DNA from: a virus
Length of the DNA: 64,000 nt
Virus record (IMG/VR): IMGVR_UViG_3300044878_000169
Strand: one strand, 5' to 3'
The notes under the pieces are model-generated. The model did no database searches. It saw nothing but the letters and a program-made list of their open reading frames with translations, and was not told the origin of the DNA. Below, in pieces: positions 27,719 to 37,833 of this stretch. Every line of letters begins with the position of its first letter. The first letter of the stretch is position 1. A program made the translations under genes and the position numbers.

Positions 27719-27825
27719 CTGGCACGAAAGCATCCCGACACACCCCAGACGCCAAGCGTCCACAGCGGGCTAGCGAGTAGTGCCCACCCCTTCCACCCAA
27801 CACCCGAGAGGCCGGTGAGCGCATT

Positions 27826-28311
27826 GTGCCTGCGAGCAAGTACACCGAAGCACAACGCGCCGAAGCCCTCAAGCTCTACGAAACCGAAGGCCCAACCGCG
27901 GTAGAGAAGCAACTCGGCATCCCCAAGAACACCGTCGTCACATGGGCGAAGAACGCAGGCGTTCGTACGATACGGACCGAAACCACGCGTAAGGCTGTTG
28001 AGGCGCGGGTCGCTGACGGGAAGCTCCGCCGGCAGAACATCACCCACCGGCTGTACGGACAGGCCGAGAAGATCCTCGATGACCTGGAAGCCCCGATCTT
28101 CCGGACAATCCTCAAGGGTGAGTATGGGCGGGACGGCGAAGAGGAACTCAGCTTTGTCCCTCCGAATGATCGGAAGACACTGCTGCAGGCTCTCGGGACC
28201 GTGATGACGACGACGGCGAATGTGGAGAAGGTCGACGCGGGCGCCGCTGCCGAGTCGGGTGTGAACATGCTGGCCGCCCTGGCTGAGGCTTTGGGCGTGA
28301 AGGATGATTGA
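27826..28311 (+). CDS. terS: Terminase small subunit (HTH)
   Basis: N-terminal HTH; overlaps the large subunit. Confidence 0.75.
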   Translation: MPASKYTEAQRAEALKLYETEGPTAVEKQLGIPKNTVVTWAKNAGVRTIRTETTRKAVEARVADGKLRRQNITHRLYGQAEKILDDLEAPIFRTILKGEYGRDGEEELSFVPPNDRKTLLQALGTVMTTTANVEKVDAGAAAESGVNMLAALAEALGVKDD

Positions 28312-29560
28312 GCTCGCCTCGCCGCTGTCACCGAAGCAGCTCGGTTCCGTGCAGGAGTCGCAGGCCCGCATAAACATCTGGGAAGGGTCGGTCCGGTCCG
28401 GGAAGACCATCGCGTCGCTGTTGCGGTTCCTGCTGTATGTGGCGACGTCGAAGGTCCGCGGCGAACTCGTCGTGGTGTCCCGCACGAGGGACAGTGCGGC
28501 GCGTAACGTGTTCGCCCCGCTCATGGACCCGTCCCTGTTCGGGCCCATCGCGTCGATGGTGTCTTACACGGCCGGCGCGCCGACCGCCCAAGTCCTGGGC
28601 CGCACCGTGTGGGTCCTCGGCTCCTCCGATGTGAAGTCGGAGAAGATCCTCCGCGGCCTCACCTGCGCCGGCGCCTACGTCGACGAAGTCACCCTGCTGA
28701 AGGAAGACTTCTTCACCCAGCTCCTCAACCGCCTCTGGGAAGGCGCGAAACTGTTCGGGACGACCAACCCGGACAACCCCGCGCACTGGCTCAAACGCCG
28801 CTTCCTCGACCGCCTCGCCGCCCTGCCCGACTGGCGCACATGGAAGTTCTACCTCGACGACAACCCCATGCTGTCCGAGGCGCGCAAGGACGCGATCCGG
28901 CGCGAGAACACCGGCCTGTTCTACCGCCGCAACGTCCTCGGCGAATGGGTAGCCGCCGAGGGCGCCGTGTACGACATGTGGGACCCGGACAAGCACGTCA
29001 TCCCCCACGCGGAACTCCCGCCCATGCGGTCACTCCTCGGTGTCGGGATCGACTACGGCACCACTAACGCCACAGCGGCCGAACTCCTCGGCCTCGGCAT
29101 GGACAACCGGCTCTACCTGATCGACGAATGGGAATACGACCCGGCCACGTCACAGATCCGCAAAACCGACGCCGACCTCTCCCAGGGCCTCCGCGACTTC
29201 ATGGGAAGGGCCGAACGGGAAACCGGGATGCGGTCCGAATGGACCCTCGTCGACCCGGCCGCCGCCTCGTTCAAAGTGCAGCTGCAGGCCGACGGGGTCG
29301 GGAACGTCATCAACGCCGAGAACGACGTCGCCTACGGCATCCGCACCATCGCGTCCCTGCTGGGCTCGGAGAAGCTGTTCGTGTCCGACCGGTGCCAAGG
29401 GTTCATCAAGGAAGCCCCCGGGTATTCGTGGGACCCGAAGGCGACGGAGAAGGGCGAGGACAAGCCGATCAAGGTCGCTGACCACCGCCTCGATGGTGGC
29501 CGGTACGCGGTCGCTACGACTGAAACGAACTGGCGTCCCTACGTGGACCTAGCCGCATAA
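28304..29560 (+). CDS. terL: Terminase large subunit (PBSX-like)
   Basis: EGSVRSGKT, YVDE, TTNP, GIDYG, DH.LD motifs. Confidence 0.93.
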   Translation: MIELASPLSPKQLGSVQESQARINIWEGSVRSGKTIASLLRFLLYVATSKVRGELVVVSRTRDSAARNVFAPLMDPSLFGPIASMVSYTAGAPTAQVLGRTVWVLGSSDVKSEKILRGLTCAGAYVDEVTLLKEDFFTQLLNRLWEGAKLFGTTNPDNPAHWLKRRFLDRLAALPDWRTWKFYLDDNPMLSEARKDAIRRENTGLFYRRNVLGEWVAAEGAVYDMWDPDKHVIPHAELPPMRSLLGVGIDYGTTNATAAELLGLGMDNRLYLIDEWEYDPATSQIRKTDADLSQGLRDFMGRAERETGMRSEWTLVDPAAASFKVQLQADGVGNVINAENDVAYGIRTIASLLGSEKLFVSDRCQGFIKEAPGYSWDPKATEKGEDKPIKVADHRLDGGRYAVATTETNWRPYVDLAA

Positions 29561-29578
29561 CCTAAGAAGGAGGCCATC

Positions 29579-31171
29579 TTGCCGCTCCCCCAGAATGGCA
29601 CAGCATGGCCGCCAGCCGAGCTCGCCCCCATCCTCGCCAAATACCGCGAATACTCGTCCTGGTACAGCAACGACACCGGCACCCTCGGCGACATCTACGC
29701 CAAAGGGGTGAACCGCCGCGGCGTCCTCGCCCGGATCCGCACCTGGTTCCTCGGCGCCAAGGAAGACGTGCAGGCGGAGAACAACACCCTGCACGTGTCC
29801 CTGGCTCAGGAGATCTGCCGGACGGCCGCGAACCTGCTCTACTCGGAGCCGGTCACCGCTGTTGCCGTGCCGGACACCGACGGCGCCGACACGACCGCGG
29901 TGCAGGAACGCCTGGACGTGATCGCCGGGCCCGCGTTCGAGCAGCTGGAGATCAGCGCCGCCGAAATCAGTGCCGCCCTGGGCGGGGTGTACAAGCGTGT
30001 CACCTGGGACCCGGAGAACGTTGACCACGTCTTCATCACGAAGGTTGACGCGGACATGGCGTGGCCGGAGTTCCGGTGGGGCAACCTTGTTGCGGTCACG
30101 TTCTGGCGGACCGTCGGGGCGGAGAACAACACCATCTGGCGGCACCTCGAACGCCACGAGCTCGACAACTCGGGTGTGGGTGTGATCATCCATGGCCTGT
30201 ACCGGGGCACCCCGGAGAACCTCGGCCAGCTCATGCCGTTCGCGGACCACAAGGAAACCGAGTGGCTCGCCTCCCCCGCTGTCGCGTCGACCCTGATCGA
30301 CGGGAACACCATCAGCACCGGCACCCCGGGACTGGCTGTGGTGTACGCCCCGAACATCGCCCCGTCGGCGCTGTGGCGCAGCGACCCGGTCGGGGCGAAC
30401 CTCGGCCGCTCCGACCTGGAGGGGATCGAGCAGAAGCTCGACGCGCTCGATGAGCTGTACTCGGCATGGTTGCGGGACGTGCGCCTCGGCAAGGGCCGCC
30501 TCATCGTCGGCGAGTCCATGCTCCGGGACCTCGGCGCGGGCATGGGGGCCGGGTTCGACCTGGACAAGTCCATCTTCACCCCGGTCAAAGCCGCCCCGTC
30601 CTCCGCCGGGTCCGAGAAGATGGCCATCGAGAACGTCCAGTTCGACATCCGCACCGAGGACTTCCTCAAAGCGATCGACCACTTCCGCCGCATCATCCTC
30701 GCCGCCGCCGGATACTCCCCCTCCACGTTCGGGCTCACCGACGACGGCTCCGCGATGACCGCCACCGAAGTCGCCGCCCGGCAGTCCCTGTCCTTCACCA
30801 CGAGGAAGCGGAAGATCCTCGGCGTGAAGCCCGCGGACGAGAAGATCCTCGCCAAGGCCCTCGCCGTAGACGCGTGGGTGTTCCCCGGCAAGGGAGCCCA
30901 GCCGGTGCAGGTCACGGTGGAGTTCCCGGACGGCGTCCAGGAGGACCCGAAGGCCGTGGCCGAGCAGAACCAGCTGGACTACAACTCCCAGTCCGCCTCC
31001 ATCGAGGAGCGGGTGCGGAAACGTAACCCGGACTGGGACGACACGAAGGTCGAGGAGGAGGTCGGCCGGATCCGGGAGGACTTCAGCCTCGGTGCCATGC
31101 AGGACCCGGGAACGTTCGGGATCGACGGCGCCGGCATCACACCCCAGACCGACCCAAGCCTCACCGGATAG
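29579..31171 (+). CDS. Portal protein
   Basis: Position and size; TATEV motif; TTG start with RBS. Confidence 0.85.
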   Translation: MPLPQNGTAWPPAELAPILAKYREYSSWYSNDTGTLGDIYAKGVNRRGVLARIRTWFLGAKEDVQAENNTLHVSLAQEICRTAANLLYSEPVTAVAVPDTDGADTTAVQERLDVIAGPAFEQLEISAAEISAALGGVYKRVTWDPENVDHVFITKVDADMAWPEFRWGNLVAVTFWRTVGAENNTIWRHLERHELDNSGVGVIIHGLYRGTPENLGQLMPFADHKETEWLASPAVASTLIDGNTISTGTPGLAVVYAPNIAPSALWRSDPVGANLGRSDLEGIEQKLDALDELYSAWLRDVRLGKGRLIVGESMLRDLGAGMGAGFDLDKSIFTPVKAAPSSAGSEKMAIENVQFDIRTEDFLKAIDHFRRIILAAAGYSPSTFGLTDDGSAMTATEVAARQSLSFTTRKRKILGVKPADEKILAKALAVDAWVFPGKGAQPVQVTVEFPDGVQEDPKAVAEQNQLDYNSQSASIEERVRKRNPDWDDTKVEEEVGRIREDFSLGAMQDPGTFGIDGAGITPQTDPSLTG

Positions 31172-31180
31172 GATGCACCC

Positions 31181-32263
31181 ATGGCGATCCGCCCGGATGA
31201 TGCCGCCGTGCTGGCCAAGGACCTCCGCGAACTGTTCGCGGAGGCCGAAACTGTGCTGTTGCAGCGCATCGCCCGCGCCCTCGCCAAAGGCGCTGACTCG
31301 CCGGACTGGGCTGAGCAGAAGCTCTTGGGCATTCAGGCGCTCTCCCGGCAGGTCGATGCGATCCTCGCTGACCTCGCCGCGGGTGTGCCTGGCGCTGTGG
31401 AGCGCGCCGTCGGGCTCGCCTACAACCGCGGCGTCGCCACCGCGGGGACGGAGCTGACCGCAGCAGGGCTCGTGCACGGCGCGTTCGGGGAAGTCCAACC
31501 CACTAGCGCGGCGGCCGCTATCATCTCGGAGACGACGGCCCGGCTGACGCCGATGTCGTTCCAGATCCGCCGCGCCACCATGGACGTCTACCAGCAGGTC
31601 GTTACTCGAGTCGTGGCGCAGACGGCGCTGGGGACCATGACCCGGCGGGAAGCGTCCCGCGACATCCTCACCCGGCTCGCCGCCCAGGGCGTGACCGGAT
31701 TCCGGGACACCGCAGGCCGGAACTGGAACATGGCCTCCTACGCGGAGATGGCCGCCCGGTCCGCGACGTCGAACGCGATGCTGCAGGGCCACACGGACCG
31801 CATCACCGAACTCGGCATTGACACGGTGATCGTCTCGGACGCTCCGGAGGAGTGCAAAGTCTGCCGCCCCTTCGAGGGCAAGGTCCTCAGCCTGTCCGGC
31901 CGCACCACGGGACGGCTGAAGGACGGCAAGACCGTCGTCGCGTCCCTCGCCGACGCGAAGTCCAAGGGCCTGTTCCACAACAACTGCCGCCACTCACACT
32001 CGATCTACCTGCCCGGCATCACCAAAGGACCGGGCAAGGACCTCGCTGACCCCGCAGGCGACAAGCTCCGGCAAACCCAGCGCGCCTACGAGCGGCGTAT
32101 CCGGGAACTGAAACGCCAGGACGCCATCGTCTCCGAATTCGGCGGCCCGCAGGCCACACAGACCCGGGCGAAGCTCCGCGCCAAGCAGTCAGAGTTCAAA
32201 GCCTGGCGCGAAGCGAACGACCGTAAGAACCTCAGCTACCGGACGTCACTGACCGTCCGCTAA
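31181..32263 (+). CDS. Minor capsid / head morphogenesis protein
   Basis: F.D.AGRNW, CxxC and FHNNCRH motifs. Confidence 0.8.
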   Translation: MAIRPDDAAVLAKDLRELFAEAETVLLQRIARALAKGADSPDWAEQKLLGIQALSRQVDAILADLAAGVPGAVERAVGLAYNRGVATAGTELTAAGLVHGAFGEVQPTSAAAAIISETTARLTPMSFQIRRATMDVYQQVVTRVVAQTALGTMTRREASRDILTRLAAQGVTGFRDTAGRNWNMASYAEMAARSATSNAMLQGHTDRITELGIDTVIVSDAPEECKVCRPFEGKVLSLSGRTTGRLKDGKTVVASLADAKSKGLFHNNCRHSHSIYLPGITKGPGKDLADPAGDKLRQTQRAYERRIRELKRQDAIVSEFGGPQATQTRAKLRAKQSEFKAWREANDRKNLSYRTSLTVR

Positions 32264-32539
32264 CTAGTCAGCTACGGCGTGCCAAGGGGTCGCCGCCTTG
32301 GCACTACCGCCAAGGAAGCCGCCCAGCTCGTCGATGGGGCCGATGAAGCGCTTACCGCTTACCTCGACCCACGCCGAAGGGCCGTACTGCCGAGTCACTG
32401 ACCAGGGACCTCCATCCGGTGCGGAGACAACGATTGTCAGGACCCCAGCCCCGGACACCTGATACGCGAAGACGCTCGCGCCGTCGTCCTGGTGCCGATC
32501 GAGTTCTTTTTTGCCAGCCAACTGCAGGTATACCGCCAT
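32264..32539 (-). CDS. Antisense hypothetical gene inserted in the head module
   Basis: GAGGGAG RBS; exactly fills the gap. Confidence 0.6.
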   Translation of the reverse strand: MAVYLQLAGKKELDRHQDDGASVFAYQVSGAGVLTIVVSAPDGGPWSVTRQYGPSAWVEVSGKRFIGPIDELGGFLGGSAKAATPWHAVAD

Positions 32540-32623
32540 ATTCTCCCTCTCTTCGGCCGCCGCCCATCGGCGGGCCGTCTACAAGCGTACCCATCAGCAC
32601 CAACACACATCCTTGGAGAGCAC

Positions 32624-33349
32624 ATGAGCAAGCGCAAGACCATCCACGGTATCGACCCCTACGCCCCGGGCGGCATTGAGGCCCTCCTCGCCCACCACCG
32701 CGCCACGTTCGGCGACGCGGTCATGGAGGCCGGTGCCGGTGACCCTGCCCCGGCCGGTGATCCGGCTCCTGCTGGCGAGCCTGCGAGCGATCCGGCCCCG
32801 GCTGGCACTCCGGCCCCCGCCGCAGATCCGAAGCCCGCAGAGCCGAAGGCAGCCGAGTGGGACGGCAAGGTCGAATCCTTGCCCCCGGCCGCGCAGAAGA
32901 TCATCAACGACCTCCGCAAGGCCGACGGCGACGAGCGCGTGGCGAAGAAGACCCTCGACGCGATCCAGAAGGCGCTCAACCCCGACGCCAAGGGCGACGA
33001 GAAGCCGACCGCCGAGGCGCTCACCCAGGCACTCAGCGGCAAAGACAACACGATCCGTGAACTTACCGTGAAGCTCGCCCTCAAGGACGCCCTCGAAGCG
33101 AACGGGGCGAACAAGCTCACGGCCACTGTCCTCGCTGGTGAGGGCAAACTCAAAGACCTCGACCCGACGGCAGACGACTTCGAAACGAAGCTCGCCGCCG
33201 TGGTCAAGGACGCCGTCAAACGGCATCCAGAACTTGCAGCAGCCCGGGCGGCTGGCGCGAGTGGCGCGAACTTCACCGGCGGGTCCGGCGAGAGCGCAAA
33301 GAAAGCAACATCTCTCGAAGACGCCATCGCCAAAAAGATGGCCCGCTAA
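32624..33349 (+). CDS. Scaffolding protein
   Basis: Pro/Ala repeats, coiled coil, precedes the capsid gene. Confidence 0.8.
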   Translation: MSKRKTIHGIDPYAPGGIEALLAHHRATFGDAVMEAGAGDPAPAGDPAPAGEPASDPAPAGTPAPAADPKPAEPKAAEWDGKVESLPPAAQKIINDLRKADGDERVAKKTLDAIQKALNPDAKGDEKPTAEALTQALSGKDNTIRELTVKLALKDALEANGANKLTATVLAGEGKLKDLDPTADDFETKLAAVVKDAVKRHPELAAARAAGASGANFTGGSGESAKKATSLEDAIAKKMAR

Positions 33350-33365
33350 CCCTTAGGAGCATGCA

Positions 33366-34367
33366 ATGCCCGTAACTCTCGCCCAGGCGAAGCTCAACGT
33401 AACCGACGACGTCGACATCCAGATCATCGACGAGTTCCAGAAGTCCAACGACATCCTGAACCGCATCACGTTCGACGATGTCGTCTCCCCCGCCGGCGGC
33501 GGCGCTACCCTGACCTACTCGTACACCCGGCAGCTGACCCAGCGCGGCGCCGCGTTCCGTGCGATCAACTCCGAGTACACCCCGGCCGAAGCCACGAAGG
33601 TCCGCGCCTCCGTGGACCTGAAGCCCCTCGGTGGCTCCTTCCAGATCGACCGCGTCCTCGACGGTGTCGGGCAGGCCCGCGAGACCGCGTTCCAGATGCG
33701 CGAGCTCCTGAAGGGCACCTCGGCGAAGTTCTCCGATTCCGTGTTCAACGGCGACACCGCCGTGGACGCCAACGGCTTCGACGGCCTGGCCAAGATCCTC
33801 ACCGGATCCACGACCGAGTACCTGCCGCTGTCCAACGGCACCACCACGGGCTACCGTGACTGGTCCGCCGTGGACACCAAGGCTGAGGCCATCGCGGAAA
33901 TCGAAGAGATCGACGCGTGGCTGTCCCTGCTCGACAGCACCCCGGACGCGATCTACGGCCCCAAGAAGGTCCTGGCGAAGTTCAAGCGCCTCGCCATGTG
34001 GGCTGACCAGTACGAGAAGACCACGGACGCGTTCGGCCGCACGGTCCATTCGTACAACGGCATCCCGCTGATCGACCCGGGCACGAAGGACGGCTCCAAC
34101 ACGGACGTCCTCGCACTGGCCACCCGGGACGCGGACGGCGGCGGGGCCGGCGGCAACATCACCGGCCTCGGTGACCTGTACGCGGTCCGCTTCGGCCTGG
34201 ACGGCTTCCACGCCGTGTCCACCCCGGGCGCGCTGGTCCGTAACTGGATGCCGGACTTCTCCACCGCCGGCGCGGTGAAGACCGGCGAGGCCGAACTCGG
34301 CCCGGCCGCCGTGGTCCTGAAGAAGACCAAGGCCGCGGGCGTGTTCCGCAACATCAAGGTCGCCTAG
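33366..34367 (+). CDS. Major capsid protein
   Basis: 333 aa; FDGL motif; strong codon bias; position. Confidence 0.88.
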   Translation: MPVTLAQAKLNVTDDVDIQIIDEFQKSNDILNRITFDDVVSPAGGGATLTYSYTRQLTQRGAAFRAINSEYTPAEATKVRASVDLKPLGGSFQIDRVLDGVGQARETAFQMRELLKGTSAKFSDSVFNGDTAVDANGFDGLAKILTGSTTEYLPLSNGTTTGYRDWSAVDTKAEAIAEIEEIDAWLSLLDSTPDAIYGPKKVLAKFKRLAMWADQYEKTTDAFGRTVHSYNGIPLIDPGTKDGSNTDVLALATRDADGGGAGGNITGLGDLYAVRFGLDGFHAVSTPGALVRNWMPDFSTAGAVKTGEAELGPAAVVLKKTKAAGVFRNIKVA

Positions 34368-34442
34368 GCCTGATCCCGTGAAAGCGGCGGGCCAGCCACC
34401 ATACTGGCCCGCCTTTCCCAACCGCCCAGGAAGGGCATCATC

Positions 34443-35015
34443 ATGAAGATCAAGAGTCCAGCACCGAACTACACCGCCAAGGACGCCTACGGCTCCCTGA
34501 TCCTTGAGTTCAAGGACGGCGTGGCCGAGGTCGACGAACTGCCCGCCGGTGTGCGCCAGTACCTTGTCGGCGCCGGTTACGGCATCGACGGGGACGCGAG
34601 GGCCCCGGAGGTCCCGACCCCGGCCGATCCCCGCGAGCAGACCCTCGAACAGGTCGGCACGGAACTGCGGGACGCCGCCGTGGACCCAAAGCCGGAGGAC
34701 TTCCTCGCCCCGACGAACGCGGGCAAGCCCGGCGACGAGGGCAACCCGCACGGCCCCAACGTCGTCTCCCCGGAGATCCATGCTTCGCAGGGGGTGCGCC
34801 CGGTCAAGGCCGGCGACGTCCATGTCGGTGAGGCCGCGAAGCAGGACGCCGCGGAGTCCGAGCACACCGAGCAGGAATCGTTCGACCTGTCCGCCGACAA
34901 GCCCGCCGGCAACGCCTCCACGGACGACTGGCACGCCTACGCCATCGCCCAGGGCAAGACCGAGGCCGAGCTCGACGGCCTGAAGCGTGACGAGATCCGC
35001 GACCTGTTCAACTAA
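34443..35015 (+). CDS. Acidic head-associated hypothetical protein
   Basis: Follows the capsid gene; RBS. Confidence 0.65.
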   Translation: MKIKSPAPNYTAKDAYGSLILEFKDGVAEVDELPAGVRQYLVGAGYGIDGDARAPEVPTPADPREQTLEQVGTELRDAAVDPKPEDFLAPTNAGKPGDEGNPHGPNVVSPEIHASQGVRPVKAGDVHVGEAAKQDAAESEHTEQESFDLSADKPAGNASTDDWHAYAIAQGKTEAELDGLKRDEIRDLFN

Positions 35016-35033
35016 CCGCCGAGGAGGCCCGCT

Positions 35034-35453
35034 GTGCGCATCTACGCCACCACCGCTGAACTGACCGACTGGTTGGCCCCGGAACCGGCGCCGGAGAACG
35101 CGGCGGGCCTCCTGCGGTCCGCGTCCGGCCTGATCCGGACCGAAACGAAGACCGCCGTCTACACCACGGACGCCGACGGCTACCCCTCCGATGTGGGGGT
35201 GCGGAAAGCATTCCGGGACGCTGCGTGCGCGCAGGCGAAGTTCTGGGCCGACCACGGCATCAACCCCTCCCTCGGCGCGGCCGGCGTCGCCCCGCTCGCG
35301 GCGTCCAAGTCCATCGGCGGGGCCTCGATCCAGTACAGCACCTACGTGTCCACGGCGGAGGCAAGGGCCAACGCGGCCGGCACCCTCGGCCCGGACGCCT
35401 GGTACATCCTCAACGATGCCGGGCTCCTCGGCGGCCAAGTGGTGGTCCTGTGA
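35034..35453 (+). CDS. Head-to-tail adaptor
   Basis: YAT..EL N-terminus, AACAQ motif, synteny. Confidence 0.7.
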   Translation: MRIYATTAELTDWLAPEPAPENAAGLLRSASGLIRTETKTAVYTTDADGYPSDVGVRKAFRDAACAQAKFWADHGINPSLGAAGVAPLAASKSIGGASIQYSTYVSTAEARANAAGTLGPDAWYILNDAGLLGGQVVVL

Positions 35454-35773
35454 GCGAGTTCGATGAATTCATGGTCCACGAGGTCACGGTGGACACGAAG
35501 TCCGGGGAGGACGCCTGGGGGAACACCACCACCGGCACATCCGAACCGGTGCCCTGCCTGATCGACGACACGGTCGGGCTGTCCCGGACAGCGAACGGTG
35601 ACACCGTCACCTCGGCCACCACCTTGTGGATCACCGACATGACCAAGAGGGACCTGTTCGCCCCGGAATCCATCGTGCACCTGCCGGACCGGGACGCGAC
35701 GGTCCTGTCCGTCACCACAGCAGACTCCGGCCCGCTCGACCTCCCCGACCACCTGAAGGTCGTGCTGACCTGA
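35450..35773 (+). CDS. Head-to-tail stopper
   Basis: DAWG motif; synteny. Confidence 0.65.
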   Translation: MSEFDEFMVHEVTVDTKSGEDAWGNTTTGTSEPVPCLIDDTVGLSRTANGDTVTSATTLWITDMTKRDLFAPESIVHLPDRDATVLSVTTADSGPLDLPDHLKVVLT

Positions 35774-36120
35774 TGGGCAAGCAGTGGAAGCACAAGCCGA
35801 ACAAGGCTGTCATCACCGACGTCAAAAAGGCATCCACCCGGGGCATGTCACTCGCCGCTGAACACGTCCTGGGCGTCGCCAAATCACAGGTCCCCATTGA
35901 GGAGCACATCCTCGAAGAGTCCGGGTTCACCTCCGTTGACGGCACACACCACATCCGGGCCGCCGTATCCTTCGACACCCCCTACGCGGTCCGGCAGCAC
36001 GAGGACATGACCCTGAAGCACGACGAAGGGCGCAACGCCAAGTACCTGGAGAACGCCTTCAACTCCGAACAGGACGCGGTGAAGCAGATCATCGCCGCCG
36101 AACTGAGAGGAGAGCTGTAG
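35773..36120 (+). CDS. Neck/tail completion protein
   Basis: TPYAVRQHE...AKYLE motif. Confidence 0.7.
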   Translation: MGKQWKHKPNKAVITDVKKASTRGMSLAAEHVLGVAKSQVPIEEHILEESGFTSVDGTHHIRAAVSFDTPYAVRQHEDMTLKHDEGRNAKYLENAFNSEQDAVKQIIAAELRGEL

Positions 36121-36549
36121 ATGGGATTCCGGACCGACCTCATCACCGGCATCGGCGAATACCTGAACACGCAGAACGTCGGCAAGTTCCCCGGCCCGTT
36201 CGCAACGGCGGACACGGCCATCGTCGTCGCGTCCCTGCCGGCCACCCCAGACAAGGCCATCGCCCTCACCCTGTACGACGTCGACAACGGCCCCGGCACC
36301 GACGCCATCCTCGGCCTGCAATGCCGCGTCCGGGGACCGGCGAACAACCGCTCAGAGGACCTGAACATCCTCGACCGCCTCTACGACGCCCTCGACGGGG
36401 TCGAGCACACCATCTGGGGCGGCATCCCGATTGTCCGGGTCTGGCACCAGTCCGGCGCCGAACTCGGCCCTGACGGCAACAACCGTCAGGAACACACCGC
36501 TAACTACTACCTGCAGCTCACCAGAACCGGCACCCACCGGACCGATTAG
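36121..36549 (+). CDS. Tail terminator
   Basis: Q.RVRG and LG.D.N.R motifs; synteny. Confidence 0.7.
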   Translation: MGFRTDLITGIGEYLNTQNVGKFPGPFATADTAIVVASLPATPDKAIALTLYDVDNGPGTDAILGLQCRVRGPANNRSEDLNILDRLYDALDGVEHTIWGGIPIVRVWHQSGAELGPDGNNRQEHTANYYLQLTRTGTHRTD

Positions 36550-36558
36550 GAGAACACC

Positions 36559-37020
36559 ATGACCGAAATCACGCCCGGCGTCGTCAGCGACTGGAAGCTC
36601 GAAGTGGCTGCCTACACCGACGGCACCACCCCCACCAGCTACACCCCCGTCCTTGGTCTGACCGAGTTCACCCCGCCCGCCGTGGAGAAGAACCTCGAAG
36701 ATGATTCCTCGTTTGACTCCGACGGCTGGGGCTCCCAGATCGCGACCGGCCTCTCCTGGAAGATCGAGGGCACCGTCAAGCGCGCCCGTGCCTCCCTGAC
36801 CGAGGACCCGGGCCAGGCGATCCTCCGCGCCGCCGGCAACGGGCTGGCCGAGGACGGGTTCGTGCACGTGCGCATCAGCAACCGCACCAAGCCGGAAGTG
36901 GCCCGGGTCGGTATCGCCGATGCGTCGTTCACCGAGAACGGCGGACCCCGCACCGACATCACCTCGGCGGCGTTCACCCTTGAGGGCCGCGGCGCCCTCA
37001 CAGACGTCACCATCCCGTAA
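36559..37020 (+). CDS. Major tail (tube) protein
   Basis: DPGQ motif; synteny. Confidence 0.8.
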   Translation: MTEITPGVVSDWKLEVAAYTDGTTPTSYTPVLGLTEFTPPAVEKNLEDDSSFDSDGWGSQIATGLSWKIEGTVKRARASLTEDPGQAILRAAGNGLAEDGFVHVRISNRTKPEVARVGIADASFTENGGPRTDITSAAFTLEGRGALTDVTIP

Positions 37021-37108
37021 CCCCACAAACTCCCCGGCGCCGTTTCCAAGGGCGGCGCCGGGGCCACCACCTTGGACACCTTGGAACCCGCAACCCTTGG
37101 AGCATCAC

Positions 37109-37603
37109 ATGGCTTTGAAAGACCTCCGGGCAGCCCTCAACAGCACCCACAAACTCCCCATCGGCGGCACCGTGTACGAAGTCCCGCCGATCAGCGCCGA
37201 ACTCGGCCTCCGGTTCCAGAACGTCATGGCCGTCGCCGCGAAAGCGAAGCAAGCCCAGGACGCCAACACCGAGTACACCCCCGACGAGTCCGACGTCGAG
37301 GTCATGAACGACGCGGCGGAGAAGGACCTCTACCGTGAAGCCCTCGGCCCCGTCTACGACCAGATGGTGTCCGGCGGGGTGACGTTCGCCGAGCTGAAGC
37401 TCGCCTCCCTCTACGTCATGTTCCACGCCATCTACGGGGAGACGTTCGCGGACGCGTATTGGGCGTCCGGGGGAAAAGCACCAGCGCCGAACAGGGCGGC
37501 GCGCCGAACGGCGACCCGGACCCGTACGGGCGCGGCCACTACGACGAAAGCACGGGCCTCTCGGAGTGGTACGACTACCCGGAAGGCCACCAGTCGGGAC
37601 TGA
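37109..37603 (+). CDS. Tail assembly chaperone (G)
   Basis: Between tail tube and tape measure; slippery GGGAAAA at 37471-37477. Confidence 0.8.
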   Translation: MALKDLRAALNSTHKLPIGGTVYEVPPISAELGLRFQNVMAVAAKAKQAQDANTEYTPDESDVEVMNDAAEKDLYREALGPVYDQMVSGGVTFAELKLASLYVMFHAIYGETFADAYWASGGKAPAPNRAARRTATRTRTGAATTTKARASRSGTTTRKATSRD

Positions 37604-37833
37604 CCTGGGCGCGCCTGCTGGAGCACTGGTCCCTGATCGAAGCTGACCTGCAGGACGCAGGGATCGACACCGGCTCCGGGATCCTCCGGGAACGGTCGTG
37701 GCGGTGGCTGGCCGTACGCATCGGGGCGCTGCTGGCCAAGCCGCCGGCGTTCATCACCGACGACGGCCGCCCCATCCCCTCCACCCGGCTCGGCATGGCC
37801 ATCAACCCGCCCGGCCCGCCCCGCAGACGATAA
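37471..37833 (+). CDS. Tail assembly chaperone -1 frameshift extension (GT)
   Basis: Open -1 frame after GGGAAAA; W.LIEADL...SWRW motif. Confidence 0.8.
   Translation, partial: GKSTSAEQGGAPNGDPDPYGRGHYDESTGLSEWYDYPEGHQSGLTWARLLEHWSLIEADLQDAGIDTGSGILRERSWRWLAVRIGALLAKPPAFITDDGRPIPSTRLGMAINPPGPPRRR

Noticed and set aside
32733..32840. Short tandem DNA repeats as a regulatory array
   Set aside because: They encode the AGDPAP-type low-complexity linker of the scaffold protein
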